A DNA stretch of 64,000 bases, from contig MFSH01000002.1 of NCBI GenBank assembly GCA_001784875.1, positions 1,220 through 65,219 on the forward strand. Reading direction: 5' to 3'. A model generated the notes under the pieces. It did no database searches and was not told the DNA's origin. It saw only the letters and a program-made list of their open reading frames with translations. Position 1 is the first letter of the stretch. Each line of letters starts with the position of its first letter. Positions 19,501 through 28,550 of this stretch are shown here, one piece after another. The position numbers were made by a program, and so were the translations under genes. The stretch is from Candidatus Moranbacteria bacterium RIFOXYB1_FULL_43_19. GTDB lineage: Bacteria; Patescibacteriota; Minisyncoccia; Moranbacterales; UBA11712.

Positions 19501-20236
19501 GAATAGAAAAAGCGGATATCGAACGACTACCTAATGTAATTTTCCCATTACTATTAACAATCTTTTCTAATGCTACAAATTGTTCCTCTCTCTTTATTTT
19601 TAGATTAAAATAATCACTACTTGTTTGGATTTCTTCTTTAAATTTTTCTATTTCTTCAACAATATTATTTCTACTATATGTCGCTCCACTTGCTGATCCT
19701 TTATAAATTTTTTGAATCAAAATATTATCAACAAATCTTTTGATATCCTCCGGTGGAAGCCAAAAATTGATTAGTTCTGCAAATAGAGAATAAATTACAT
19801 TCTCGTTAAAAGCTGCTGGAACTACCCAAAACTGAACTTTTGGCAGAAGAGATAATAATTGAGCTGAATAACCCTTTTTAACAAATTTGTTTTGAAGTTG
19901 TTTAAAATACTTAACATTATGAACATCGGAGATTAAGTCAGTATTCGCTTTACTGCATATAATAAGTACTTCATCTTTGTCGCCTAGTGATCCTTTTTTT
20001 ATAATATTTTCCAATATCTCCTTTAATTGTGGGTAGCTAAACTTTTCTTTTCTATCTTTTGATTCACAAATAATCTTTTTTCCATCATCGAAAACAATAT
20101 TGAAGTCCTCAAAATTTGCTGCTTCGAGCTGAATAGATAAAAATTTTGGATCACGGAGATACTGAAAGAACAAAGACATCGCAGCCCATGCCTGTGAATT
20201 TATTCCCTTATAATTATATTGTCCGGCTTTGCTCAT
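16574..20236 (-). CDS. Large protein: N-terminal PD-(D/E)xK (Cap4/DUF4297-like) nuclease plus long helical-repeat region
   Basis: KGINSQ..LEAANFEDF..ICESK at the N-terminus; remainder looks alpha-helical; no Walker A seen. Confidence 0.55.
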   Translation of the reverse strand: MSKAGQYNYKGINSQAWAAMSLFFQYLRDPKFLSIQLEAANFEDFNIVFDDGKKIICESKDRKEKFSYPQLKEILENIIKKGSLGDKDEVLIICSKANTDLISDVHNVKYFKQLQNKFVKKGYSAQLLSLLPKVQFWVVPAAFNENVIYSLFAELINFWLPPEDIKRFVDNILIQKIYKGSASGATYSRNNIVEEIEKFKEEIQTSSDYFNLKIKREEQFVALEKIVNSNGKITLGSRSISAFSIRWDLMSFAMDRLKTRTELDLKKWDKLWQLNKVYHFTFGIFDVFENNLQTEKNIKYVLGYIKKYTKTSRSFYRSDFFDVDVIKILTKIIDSKNGKKYLDDAFIIVKDLLTFDGQQFFYIKDNDFDHGKWEKEQICKLLHKIYNIGDPNIEEKTFRLIINVFNIIEDDSEFSHYSPKEVFDILIDWINKLTKGKDFLNRFEGLVKEVVNQYDKFYKTYSKNISFDGWEHSGGGISFSGSHHVYDRHFVNVFTNAIDKYYTKNENDCWNFIKERCLSKTDKKAKNKVITKPVSKQRPDFLNRSVYHIVLKRYASADKKTSGEAFEILKELILSRRGIPHKSDLIYQAVVGSDLIDDKKWRLVELTTKKYGVPVNPFVEQIITNLAKNGHAKAKAELKKWFASPDYYKHRLLEIDSVLSIRAFLDVDSDFSVELFKSFLKSEYVQSEKGDAFGAYDVAGLLHDILNKDYSKGLEILRDLEGEKRLNKSQQIIFAYSLFNNRGNDKATDLTFLNKIYKDALDPYLKSTGNDIKKIYQRFYDDSCRSAFVQFAVRLAAHKQIDKAIRIIKVFINDPDPYLSGEDPNDKEDKYNEHKKIEQGEEPSTITSVRGWCGWTLMKCPILEGRSQLNEIIKLVKKLSEDKNYYVIHMACFALGQLARNRLTVLPSDRNTLFFDDNKEKALKMSKKVEKIAFDLLDRLVSWPVNVQKAMTKSILHAFDPIRSLNEADSWKLVTNLRKLPIEAIDEAASLFIYLAEFRKDAYIKWRFSLPGLYDDLGPGKFNDKKFKKAIKEIIKDMQKQDPDSCFKFAASVEHLMREIAVKENKVDEYEKLALEYLDFMTDKYAHNIYNLIYQTIEKKLQEKDAKHINNWYNLLLKCFKNEAIFYEQTKKSGKLSEVRWYPTLYHSRILELISEKMGKDKFMEVAKIFFSFPNEIDLHESDAIVSVIRELSKSDKDAKKIIKNLFNRNPSKYWDLNKK

Positions 20237-20238
20237 TG

Positions 20239-21333
20239 TTATTTAAATTCAAAATAAAAATGTATAGCGTTGTTTGATTCAAAATCCAATGCAGCCAACT
20301 CTTTAATCGGTAAACTAGCTAGTAATAAATTATCGGATGGACATAAAAAAGATACAATTCCTTGCGGATGGGAGAGGCAAAAATCTTTTATAATGTTAAA
20401 TAAACATTGCATATCGGTGTTTATTTTAAACAATTCAATCAAACTAGCTTTCTTCCTATCAATTATTTTCCGATATTCATTAATATCAAAAATCTTTTTT
20501 TCTGCGATTGTCACTTTTCTCACTGTCTCAACTTCCGGGTTTAGTTTTATTTTCAAATCATCGTTTTTTACCGAAGCATCAATGTATGGATAAGCGTTTA
20601 TCGAAAGTGCACTTAGATCATTGGCATAAAAAATAAATTGATGGGAATTCGTGCTAAAACTAAATTGGGGCGGATTAGATGGATCATCAGAAGAAATTTT
20701 TTCTATTTTTATATGCAACACATCATCTACTAATAAGCTATGCTTTGCATCCCTTTCCCTTATATAGGAACGTTTATGTAAATAGCCATCAACCGACTCT
20801 TTTTCTAATTCATTCTCAATTTTCAATACTATTTCCCCGTGCTTACTCTTATCTACTGAGGATGCATTTGGAAAAATATCATCTGCATCAGAAATATTTA
20901 AATGGGGAATTTTGTCCTTCAAAAAATCGAAATCCCATAACACAATCTTAAATGGAAACTTATTAATAACATTCAAACTTGTTAATCTCTCAAAAAAAAC
21001 CGTGTTACTTTTATATCTCTTATGCGGAATAAAAATGCAGAAAACATCAGGATAATAGCTATTCCCCATAGACATTATCTCTAAAATCTTATCACTAAAA
21101 TCGGAAAACTCTATTTCGGATATATTCCTATAATCTTTGTTATGCTTTAGCCGATTATAATCTTTACATTCAAACTTCCAGAGATACTCTTTCCCTTTTA
21201 TTTTAAAATTAGCATATGCATCATATCCGTTCTGTAAACCTGAACGATTAGGCCAATAAAGAGAAGTGAAGATATTTCTCATTATGTTTGCCAAATTTTT
21301 TTCTAATTGTTGGCCACTACTCATATCTTGCAT
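20239..21333 (-). CDS. Protein with N-terminal PD-(D/E)xK (Mrr-like) endonuclease domain
   Basis: GQQLE..GLQNGYDA..WKFECK. Confidence 0.55.
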   Translation of the reverse strand: MQDMSSGQQLEKNLANIMRNIFTSLYWPNRSGLQNGYDAYANFKIKGKEYLWKFECKDYNRLKHNKDYRNISEIEFSDFSDKILEIMSMGNSYYPDVFCIFIPHKRYKSNTVFFERLTSLNVINKFPFKIVLWDFDFLKDKIPHLNISDADDIFPNASSVDKSKHGEIVLKIENELEKESVDGYLHKRSYIRERDAKHSLLVDDVLHIKIEKISSDDPSNPPQFSFSTNSHQFIFYANDLSALSINAYPYIDASVKNDDLKIKLNPEVETVRKVTIAEKKIFDINEYRKIIDRKKASLIELFKINTDMQCLFNIIKDFCLSHPQGIVSFLCPSDNLLLASLPIKELAALDFESNNAIHFYFEFK

Positions 21334-21705
21334 GTTTTGTTAAAAATTAGATATGATAGCCTTTTAGCTACTATTAGTTTATAACTTAAAAAACTAGAAG
21401 TAAAATATTGCGTTAAGTTAAAAAATCTGCTATAATACATACAGTTCTTTCAATTATGCACAATTTAATCAGACCGCTAATCTCGATTCGAAGAGGCTAA
21501 GCGGATGGAGAAAATATCCTTTTGAACCTTTTGCTATCTTTTTTCACAAGAAGCTTGTTTCATGGGATATGTAAAAAACTAAGTTATTAATGGAGTACGG
21601 CACAATAAGTGCCCCGAGTTTTTTACGTATCTTATAGAATAAGCTTCTTTTTGTATAAGAAAACGGAAAAACTCAAAGTTCAAGCTAATTATTAACACGA
21701 AAACT

Positions 21706-23028
21706 ATGGACTCTGAGTTATCAACGAAAAATAGCGATTCTTTAAAAGTGCCTTTAATTTGGCACACTGAGAAAAAAAGGGTTAGTGATCTCCTTCCTTA
21801 TGAACGTAATCCTCGCACTATCAGCGAGAAGCAGCTCAACGATCTGCGGCGCAGTTTTGAGAGATTTAATCTTGTGGAGATCCCGGCAATCGACACGGAC
21901 GGAAAAATTGTGGCCGGACATCAGCGCATCAAAGTTATGCAGATTCTTGGCCGTGGCCAGGAAGAAATCGACGTTCGCGTGCCTAATCGGAAACTCACCA
22001 AGGAGGAGTATGAGCAGTATCTTCTAACAAGCAACGCAACAGGCGGCGAATGGGATCTTGAAATTTTGAAAGACTTCGACGTTGAGGTGCTTTTGGACGT
22101 AGGATTTGATGACAGCGATATCGCGAATATTTGGGACGATTCTCTGGAGGTCGAGGATGACGAATTTGACGTACAAAAGACACTGAAGGAGATAAAGGTA
22201 CCAATGACTAAGCCCGGAGACCTTTACCAGCTAGGAGCACATTTGCTGCTTTGCGCCGACGCGACCGATGCAACAGTTATCGCACGACTCACCGATAAAC
22301 AAGAAGTTGTGATGATATATTGCGATCCGCCTTACAATATTTCTCTTGATTATGATAAAGGCATCGGGACGGCGGGAAAATACGGAGGCATTCGGACGAA
22401 CGACAAAAAGTCCTCTGGGGAATACAGAGAATTTCTCAAGCGGACGATTATGAATGCTCTAAGTATTTCCAAGATTGACGCTCACATCTTCTATTGGTGT
22501 GATGAAAGTTATATCGGAATGCTTCAGGATATTTATCGTGAGATTGGAATCAATCAGAGGCGTGTGTGTTTGTGGATAAAAAATAATGCTAATCTGACCC
22601 CGCAAGTGGCTTTCAATAAAGTTTACGAAAGCTGCATTTACGGGACTATTGGTAAACCGGGCCTTTTTTCCCAGAAGAACCTCAATGAAGTTCTCAACAA
22701 AGAAATCGGGACGGGAAACAGTGTTTTGGATGATATTTTGGATATCATCGACATTTGGATGGCTAAAAGGTTACCTACGCAAAACTACGAACATCCTACG
22801 GAAAAGCCCCTTACCCTGCATGAAAAACCGCTTCGGCGATGCACTCAAACAGGAGACATTGTTCTTGATCTGTTTGGTGGATCTGGATCCACTCTTATCG
22901 CCTGTGAGCAGATGAAACGCAAATGCCTCACAGTCGAATGGGAACCCGTATTTTGCGACCTCATCGTAAAAAGATTCGAAGCGGCAACGGGAGAAAAAGC
23001 CAAGCTCATAACCACACAACCGCAATGA
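21706..23028 (+). CDS. ParB-like domain + N4/N6 DNA methyltransferase (phage-type)
   Basis: YERNPR..AGHQR (ParB); YCDPPYN, HPTEKP, DLFGGSGST. Confidence 0.9.
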   Translation: MDSELSTKNSDSLKVPLIWHTEKKRVSDLLPYERNPRTISEKQLNDLRRSFERFNLVEIPAIDTDGKIVAGHQRIKVMQILGRGQEEIDVRVPNRKLTKEEYEQYLLTSNATGGEWDLEILKDFDVEVLLDVGFDDSDIANIWDDSLEVEDDEFDVQKTLKEIKVPMTKPGDLYQLGAHLLLCADATDATVIARLTDKQEVVMIYCDPPYNISLDYDKGIGTAGKYGGIRTNDKKSSGEYREFLKRTIMNALSISKIDAHIFYWCDESYIGMLQDIYREIGINQRRVCLWIKNNANLTPQVAFNKVYESCIYGTIGKPGLFSQKNLNEVLNKEIGTGNSVLDDILDIIDIWMAKRLPTQNYEHPTEKPLTLHEKPLRRCTQTGDIVLDLFGGSGSTLIACEQMKRKCLTVEWEPVFCDLIVKRFEAATGEKAKLITTQPQ

Positions 23029-23780
23029 GCGTCGAAATACGAACAGGGAATCTTTTTCGGCTCGGCGATCATCGCCTTATTGCCGGCGATGCCAGAAATC
23101 CGGAAGCAATCGCCAAATTAGTTGGCGAAGAAAAGGTGGCACAAATTCTGACGGATCCGCCTTACGGTGTAGCGGTCGTTGAAAGTAAAACGGGATTTTC
23201 TCAAGCGAAAGGAAAACACAGAGTAATTGCCAACGATCATCTTCAGAGCGAAGAAGAATATCGGACATTCTGTCAGGAATGGCTGACAGCCGCAAAGCCG
23301 TATCTTACGGAAAAGAACTCAGCTTACATCTTCAACTCGGACCGCATGATCTTTTCTCTGCACGATGCTATACGACAAAGTGGTTTTCATTTTTCGCAGC
23401 TGCTTGTCTGGGTAAAAACCCAGGCAGTGATCGGTCGGATGGATTATCTCTCGCAACATGAATTGATAGCCTATGGCTGGCTCGGAAGAAGAAAATTTCG
23501 TCACTCAAAAAACAAAAGCGTCATCGTGCATCCAAAGACCGCTAAAAACACCCTTCATCCGACCATGAAACCCGTTGGTCTTCTTCGAAAGTTAATTCTG
23601 AACGGCACCGAACTGCACGATATTGTTTATGACCCTTTTGCTGGATCCGGATCAACGTTGATCGCAGCAGAGCAAACCAAAAGAAAATGCTTTGCAGTCG
23701 AATGCGATTTGGAGTACTGCCGCAAAATCATCAAACGCTGGGAAAAACTCACCGGGTTACGCGCGCAGAAATTGACATAA
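23025..23780 (+). CDS. N4/N6 DNA methyltransferase
   Basis: LGDHRLIAGD, TDPPYGV, HPTMKP, DPFAGSGST; ATGA overlap with the upstream stop gives start 23025. Confidence 0.9.
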   Translation: MSVEIRTGNLFRLGDHRLIAGDARNPEAIAKLVGEEKVAQILTDPPYGVAVVESKTGFSQAKGKHRVIANDHLQSEEEYRTFCQEWLTAAKPYLTEKNSAYIFNSDRMIFSLHDAIRQSGFHFSQLLVWVKTQAVIGRMDYLSQHELIAYGWLGRRKFRHSKNKSVIVHPKTAKNTLHPTMKPVGLLRKLILNGTELHDIVYDPFAGSGSTLIAAEQTKRKCFAVECDLEYCRKIIKRWEKLTGLRAQKLT

Positions 23781-23790
23781 CTTCACCACT

Positions 23791-24315
23791 ATGAAGAAGC
23801 CAGCCAAAAAAGTGAGTAAGAAAGTGTCGAAAGCGATAGAGGCGCGTCAGAAGATGCAAAAAGAGGAATTAATTGAACAGTTTCTAAAAGTGGGAATTGT
23901 TCAAATTGCCTGTGAAAAGTTGGGCATTCCGCGAGCTAATTATTATCGATGGATAGAAGAAGATGAAGGTTTCGCTCAAGGCGCTCGAATTGCGCTTAGG
24001 CTGGGCAGAGAACCAATAAATGATCTAGCCGAAGCAAAAATAATTCAGGGTATCAAAGAAGGGAAAAGATGGGCAATTGAATTTTGGCTGAAACACAATC
24101 ACGATAGATACCGCTATAAACCGGAAACTTTAAGGGAAATAGAACAGAATGCCGAGAACGAAAAAGATCGATGGAAAATTGGGATGATAGTTGAAGAAGT
24201 TCGCAAGAAATTTGGAGACTTGAAAATGCCTTGGCAAACAAATCCCAAGACCGGATTCAGTGATGATTACAATATTGCGAAGAACATACAGAAGGAAAAT
24301 TCTGTTGAGGATTGA
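23791..24315 (+). CDS. HTH protein resembling phage small-terminase-like proteins
   Basis: GIVQIACEKLGIPRANYYRW..DLAEAKI..AIEFWLK; follows the ParB-MTase genes. Confidence 0.55.
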   Translation: MKKPAKKVSKKVSKAIEARQKMQKEELIEQFLKVGIVQIACEKLGIPRANYYRWIEEDEGFAQGARIALRLGREPINDLAEAKIIQGIKEGKRWAIEFWLKHNHDRYRYKPETLREIEQNAENEKDRWKIGMIVEEVRKKFGDLKMPWQTNPKTGFSDDYNIAKNIQKENSVED

Positions 24316-24480
24316 TTATAAATATTCCCGAGTGTAGCTTGAAAATATTTATTCTTTTCTATTCTTTTTTGGCCCATACAAAGAGATTAAAATCTCGAAA
24401 AATGCACAAAGCAAAGCCTTTTTCAAAGCTTTTCAGGGTCTGGACAAGAGTTCGGGTCTGCGTCATTCATTGGTGTAGGT

Positions 24481-25875
24481 ATGAATAAAGCAACTATCCA
24501 ACAAAAAATCGACAATCAGCAGCAGGTTCAAATTGAGGAACCGCCGAAGGTCAAATACTGCCTCTACGCCAGAAAATCAACCGAGTCAGAAGAACGGCAG
24601 GTGCTTTCTATTGATTCCCAGGTAAAAGAAATGCTTCAAATCGCGGAGCGGGACGGGTTGGAAATTGTCGAGATTCGGCGGGAAAGCCATTCAGCCAAAG
24701 ATTCCGCCCAAAGACCGGTATTCAACGAACTGATTGAGGATATCAAAAAAGAAAGGTTTAACGGTATTCTCACCTGGGCGCCGGATCGGCTGAGCCGAAA
24801 CGCCGGAGATTTGGGATCACTAGTCGACCTCATGGACCAAAAACTGCTGATCGAGATCCGGACATTTGGACAACAATTCAAGAACTCACCGAATGAGAAA
24901 TTTCTTCTTATGATTTTGGGATCGCAGGCGAAACTCGAGAATGATAACCGAGGCATCAATGTGAAGCGCGGACTACGCACTCGATGCGAAATGGGACTTT
25001 GGCCGACCATTGCCCCAACCGGATATCTCAATGAAAGAACCTCGGAGCGAAGCTGTCGAGTGATCATTGATCCGCAAAGAGGATCGGTAATCAAGAAGAT
25101 GTTTGAGAAGATGGCCTATGAAAAATGGAGCGGCAGGAAAATATACCACTGGCTCAAGTTCGAGCTCAATTTTAAAAGCAAAGGTAACAAAAATCTCTCG
25201 CTCGGGAATATTTATCGACTGTTGCAAATGTCTTTTTACTACGGACCGTTTGAATTTCCCCGAAACTCTGGCAATTGGTATCAGGGGAAGCATGAGCCGT
25301 TGATTACTAAAGAATTATTTGATCTCGTGCAGGAACAATTGAAACGTGACCGGATAGTTCTCGAAAGCCGGGAGTTCGCGTTTACGAAAATAATGACCTG
25401 CGGATTATGTGGATCGGGTATCACGGCACAGGAGAAATACAAGAAACTCAAAAACGGTAGCGTCAACAAATATATCTACTATGGTTGCACAAGATCGAGA
25501 GATAAATACTGCAAATGCGGATATATGCGGGAAGAAGAAATAATCTCGCAGCTGATACGAATTATCGATAAAATTGATATTCACGAAATTGGTATCAAAA
25601 AACAATTCCAGGAAGAAGTGGAAAGATTCAACCGCTTCCAGAGAATAGTTCTCCGTATGAACGGCAAGGAAAACGAAATCGACAAACTGCAAGAATTCGA
25701 TATGAAAATGTATGCTAAATATCTCCTCAAGGATGGGAGCATCACCGAGCAGAGAGAGCTCATTGCGACGATGAAAAGTAGATTGATTATCAAGAACCGG
25801 AAGGTGAGCCTGGAGCCGGAAAAAGTTGATGAAAAAGCAGAAAAGCGGTATATTGAAATTAACAATAATGCCTAA
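24481..25875 (+). CDS. Large serine recombinase (resolvase + recombinase + Zn-ribbon)
   Basis: YARKSTE catalytic Ser, DRLSRN, APTGY, GKHEPLI, CGLCG..YYGC. Confidence 0.92.
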   Translation: MNKATIQQKIDNQQQVQIEEPPKVKYCLYARKSTESEERQVLSIDSQVKEMLQIAERDGLEIVEIRRESHSAKDSAQRPVFNELIEDIKKERFNGILTWAPDRLSRNAGDLGSLVDLMDQKLLIEIRTFGQQFKNSPNEKFLLMILGSQAKLENDNRGINVKRGLRTRCEMGLWPTIAPTGYLNERTSERSCRVIIDPQRGSVIKKMFEKMAYEKWSGRKIYHWLKFELNFKSKGNKNLSLGNIYRLLQMSFYYGPFEFPRNSGNWYQGKHEPLITKELFDLVQEQLKRDRIVLESREFAFTKIMTCGLCGSGITAQEKYKKLKNGSVNKYIYYGCTRSRDKYCKCGYMREEEIISQLIRIIDKIDIHEIGIKKQFQEEVERFNRFQRIVLRMNGKENEIDKLQEFDMKMYAKYLLKDGSITEQRELIATMKSRLIIKNRKVSLEPEKVDEKAEKRYIEINNNA

Positions 25876-25876
25876 A

Positions 25877-26040
25877 CTTACGCCTCCGGCGTAAGCATGG
25901 CGCAATATCGAAATCCTACGTGAATAGAGACGGCCTCATGGTCGGCACTTATTCACGTAGGTCGATGTTCCGAAAGGACATCGGGCAGTTCGAAAGGATT
26001 GTCGCTGCACTGTGGGGCCTTTTGTGTACCCCGTTGCAGT
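25877..26040 (+). ncRNA. Candidate structured RNA with five hairpins, two closed by GAAA tetraloops
   Basis: Stems 25877-25895, 25915-25961, 25963-25983, 25984-26003, 26004-26040; several G-U pairs. Confidence 0.45.
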
Positions 26041-26056
26041 GAATCTAGATATTTTT

Positions 26057-26434
26057 ATGGAATCTTGCACGGAATTCATCCAAAGAAAAAATAAGCAATT
26101 CAGTCAGGGAAACCTGATAGCTATGAAAGACGTGGGAAGAAAAGGAAAACACTTCTTTAAGAGAGAAGCCTGGACTTTCATGCCCCAAGGAAACATTGAT
26201 AAGAAAGTTTTCATCTTCGAAAGGTTGAGAGCTGTCAAAATCGAAGGTGAAGTTGCCTATCGCAACACAACCACCGAAGATGTCGAATACCGAATCGGAT
26301 ATTACATCGTCGGTCAGATTGGAAGAAAAAAAGACGTGTGGACCTGGGGGCAATTTTGCCCGATGATTCCGAAAGATGATTTTGAAAAATTGATAAACAA
26401 AGCAAGAGAAGACGGAGTAATTCTTAATACATAA
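26057..26434 (+). CDS. Hypothetical protein
   Basis: ATG at 26057 chosen because the track GTG start falls in the structured region. Confidence 0.6.
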   Translation: MESCTEFIQRKNKQFSQGNLIAMKDVGRKGKHFFKREAWTFMPQGNIDKKVFIFERLRAVKIEGEVAYRNTTTEDVEYRIGYYIVGQIGRKKDVWTWGQFCPMIPKDDFEKLINKAREDGVILNT

Positions 26435-26451
26435 ACCATAACCATAAAAAA

Positions 26452-27066
26452 ATGGAACAAAAAAGTGAACTAGCGGGACAAACGAAAAAATGTCCCCAAT
26501 GTGGAGAGGAGATTTTAGCCTCCGCCAAAAAGTGCAAACATTGCCAAGCAGATCTGCGCAATTGGTTTGTTAAGCACAAGATAGCCACGGCAATATTAGC
26601 ACTACTGGTTTTGATAGTCATCATAAGTGCCGGCGGGAAGAACGAAGAAGAAAACAAAAACATACCCGCGTCTTCAAATGCTGAATCTAAAAGTACTGCT
26701 CCCTCCAAGAAAACCGTGCCGTTGGTCAACGATCCAACTATCAAACAAATCGGTAGCATTCCTGCTGATTACATCGGCCAATCTTTTGTTCTAAAAGTAA
26801 ATGCAAAAACAGCTGACTATTACAATTATGGATTCGATGACGAGACGAAATATTATGCACTGGAGATATGGGACGATTCGGTGGACGGAGATTTGGACAG
26901 CATTTACGCCTACGTCGACAAAAACGACACCAATAAACAGCTGGTAAATCAACTTCTTGATTCCAGCGTTCAGCTGGAAATCAACGCTTCGATACCGAAA
27001 GCCAAATACGAAAGCGGATCGAACGCTTTTATGAAAATCGATAGCTGGAAGACGCTGGGAAATTGA
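26452..27066 (+). CDS. Zn-ribbon, single-TM membrane protein
   Basis: KKCPQCGEEI..KKCKHC followed by hydrophobic IATAILALLVLIVIISA. Confidence 0.75.
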   Translation: MEQKSELAGQTKKCPQCGEEILASAKKCKHCQADLRNWFVKHKIATAILALLVLIVIISAGGKNEEENKNIPASSNAESKSTAPSKKTVPLVNDPTIKQIGSIPADYIGQSFVLKVNAKTADYYNYGFDDETKYYALEIWDDSVDGDLDSIYAYVDKNDTNKQLVNQLLDSSVQLEINASIPKAKYESGSNAFMKIDSWKTLGN

Positions 27067-27295
27067 GAAAAAAATACCGCCCGTCAAAAACCAAGTCGGC
27101 CAAGATCATAAAACGGCAAAAAGAAGCTATCGCAGAACAGCTAGCTTCTTTTTTCTTTGAGTTTTGGAAAAGAAGAAATAGGACAAAAAGAAAGTGATAA
27201 ATCTTTAGCAGGTTCAGAATTTCTTGAATAATTACATGCTTAGTGATAACATAAAATTAGCTAAAAAACCTTTATTTATGGCTTGAAAAATAATT

Positions 27296-28546
27296 ATGGC
27301 TACTAAGTCTCTAAACAAAAGTCTGCACAAGGCGAGCCAAGCGAAGAACGATGAGTTTTATACCCAGCTTGGTGATATTGCCAACGAGCTTAAGCACTAC
27401 CGCGACCAACTTCGCGGCAAGGTGATTTTTTGCAATTGTGATGATCCGTTTGAAAGCAATTTTTTCAAATATTTTGCCGCCAATTTCAATACGCTAGGTC
27501 TTAAAAAACTTATTTCTACCAGCTTTAGTGGTTCACCAATTGTGGGACAACAAATGCTTCCTGGTTTGATGGAGGGTTTAAAAAAAGCAGAAAAGAAAGA
27601 GCCGTATGTGGTGGAGATTAACGAAGTCTCCGACATGAACAAAGACGGGGCGATAAGTTTGGACGACGTAGAGCATTTATTGAAGCATGACAAGAATGTT
27701 GCGACGCCACTTAGAGATGGTGATTTTCGTAGTGAAGAATGTGTCAAGTTTCTTAAACAAGCGGATATTATTATCACTAATCCACCATTTAGTCTTTTTC
27801 GTGAATTTGTAGCGCAGCTAGTAGAGCATAACAAAAAATTTCTTATTATCGGGAGCAAAAACGCCATAACCTATAAAGATATTTTTAAATTGATTAAAGA
27901 AAATAGGTTGTGGCTCGGCTATGGCTTTGCTGGGGGTAATGCTTATTTCAAAATTCCGCCAGAGAAAGCGCGCGAGTTTGCGGCTGGTGTATATGACTCA
28001 AAAACTGGCCTTGTAAAATTTCGCAATGTCGGTTGGTATACAAACCTTTATGTAGATAGGTCTGAAAACCCACTTACGCCATATCTCACCTATAAGCAAG
28101 GCCGCAAAAAAGGACTTTATCCGAAATATGACAACTATGATGCTATTGAAGTATCGAAATTAGCTGAAATCCCAATTGACTATGATGGCGTAATGGGGGT
28201 TCCAATAACCTTTTTGGATTATTGGACACCAGATAGTGGTATAGAAATAGTCAAATTCAGAAAAGGCAATGATGACAAAGACCTAGCGTTTACGAGAGAG
28301 AGTACAACCGTACTTCAGAATACTCATTCGCTATCGTCGGATCAAACCGAGGAGTTGACCAAGACCCAAACGGCATCTATGGCAGAGGAACAATGCTCAA
28401 CGGAAGGGAAACATTCAAGAGATTATTCATTAAACGAGTTTGAAATTTTGGGAATTGCTAACTCGGCACGATGGATAGGTTGCGAATTGTATACGATTAT
28501 AGACGGGAGAAAAATTTACAATAGGATTATAATTAGACGAAGATAA
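27296..28546 (+). CDS. EcoRI-family adenine DNA methyltransferase with (AG)n tract and alternative C-termini
   Basis: NDEFYT, CNCDDP, GDFRS, TNPPFSLF, YPKYDNYDAIEV, MGVPITFL. Confidence 0.9.
   Translation: MATKSLNKSLHKASQAKNDEFYTQLGDIANELKHYRDQLRGKVIFCNCDDPFESNFFKYFAANFNTLGLKKLISTSFSGSPIVGQQMLPGLMEGLKKAEKKEPYVVEINEVSDMNKDGAISLDDVEHLLKHDKNVATPLRDGDFRSEECVKFLKQADIIITNPPFSLFREFVAQLVEHNKKFLIIGSKNAITYKDIFKLIKENRLWLGYGFAGGNAYFKIPPEKAREFAAGVYDSKTGLVKFRNVGWYTNLYVDRSENPLTPYLTYKQGRKKGLYPKYDNYDAIEVSKLAEIPIDYDGVMGVPITFLDYWTPDSGIEIVKFRKGNDDKDLAFTRESTTVLQNTHSLSSDQTEELTKTQTASMAEEQCSTEGKHSRDYSLNEFEILGIANSARWIGCELYTIIDGRKIYNRIIIRRR
28294..28302 (+). repeat. GAGAGAGAG dinucleotide tract inside the methyltransferase
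   Basis: Read directly; lies at the point where three open frames diverge. Confidence 0.7.
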
Positions 28547-28550
28547 TAAT

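Noticed and set aside
25877-26040. Structured region as group II intron end, hammerhead or simple terminator
   Set aside because: No domain V pattern, no CUGAUGA core, no U-tract after the stems
28241-28546. MTase modules as an invertible shufflon
   Set aside because: All modules are on the same strand in overlapping frames; no flanking inverted repeats or adjacent invertase seen
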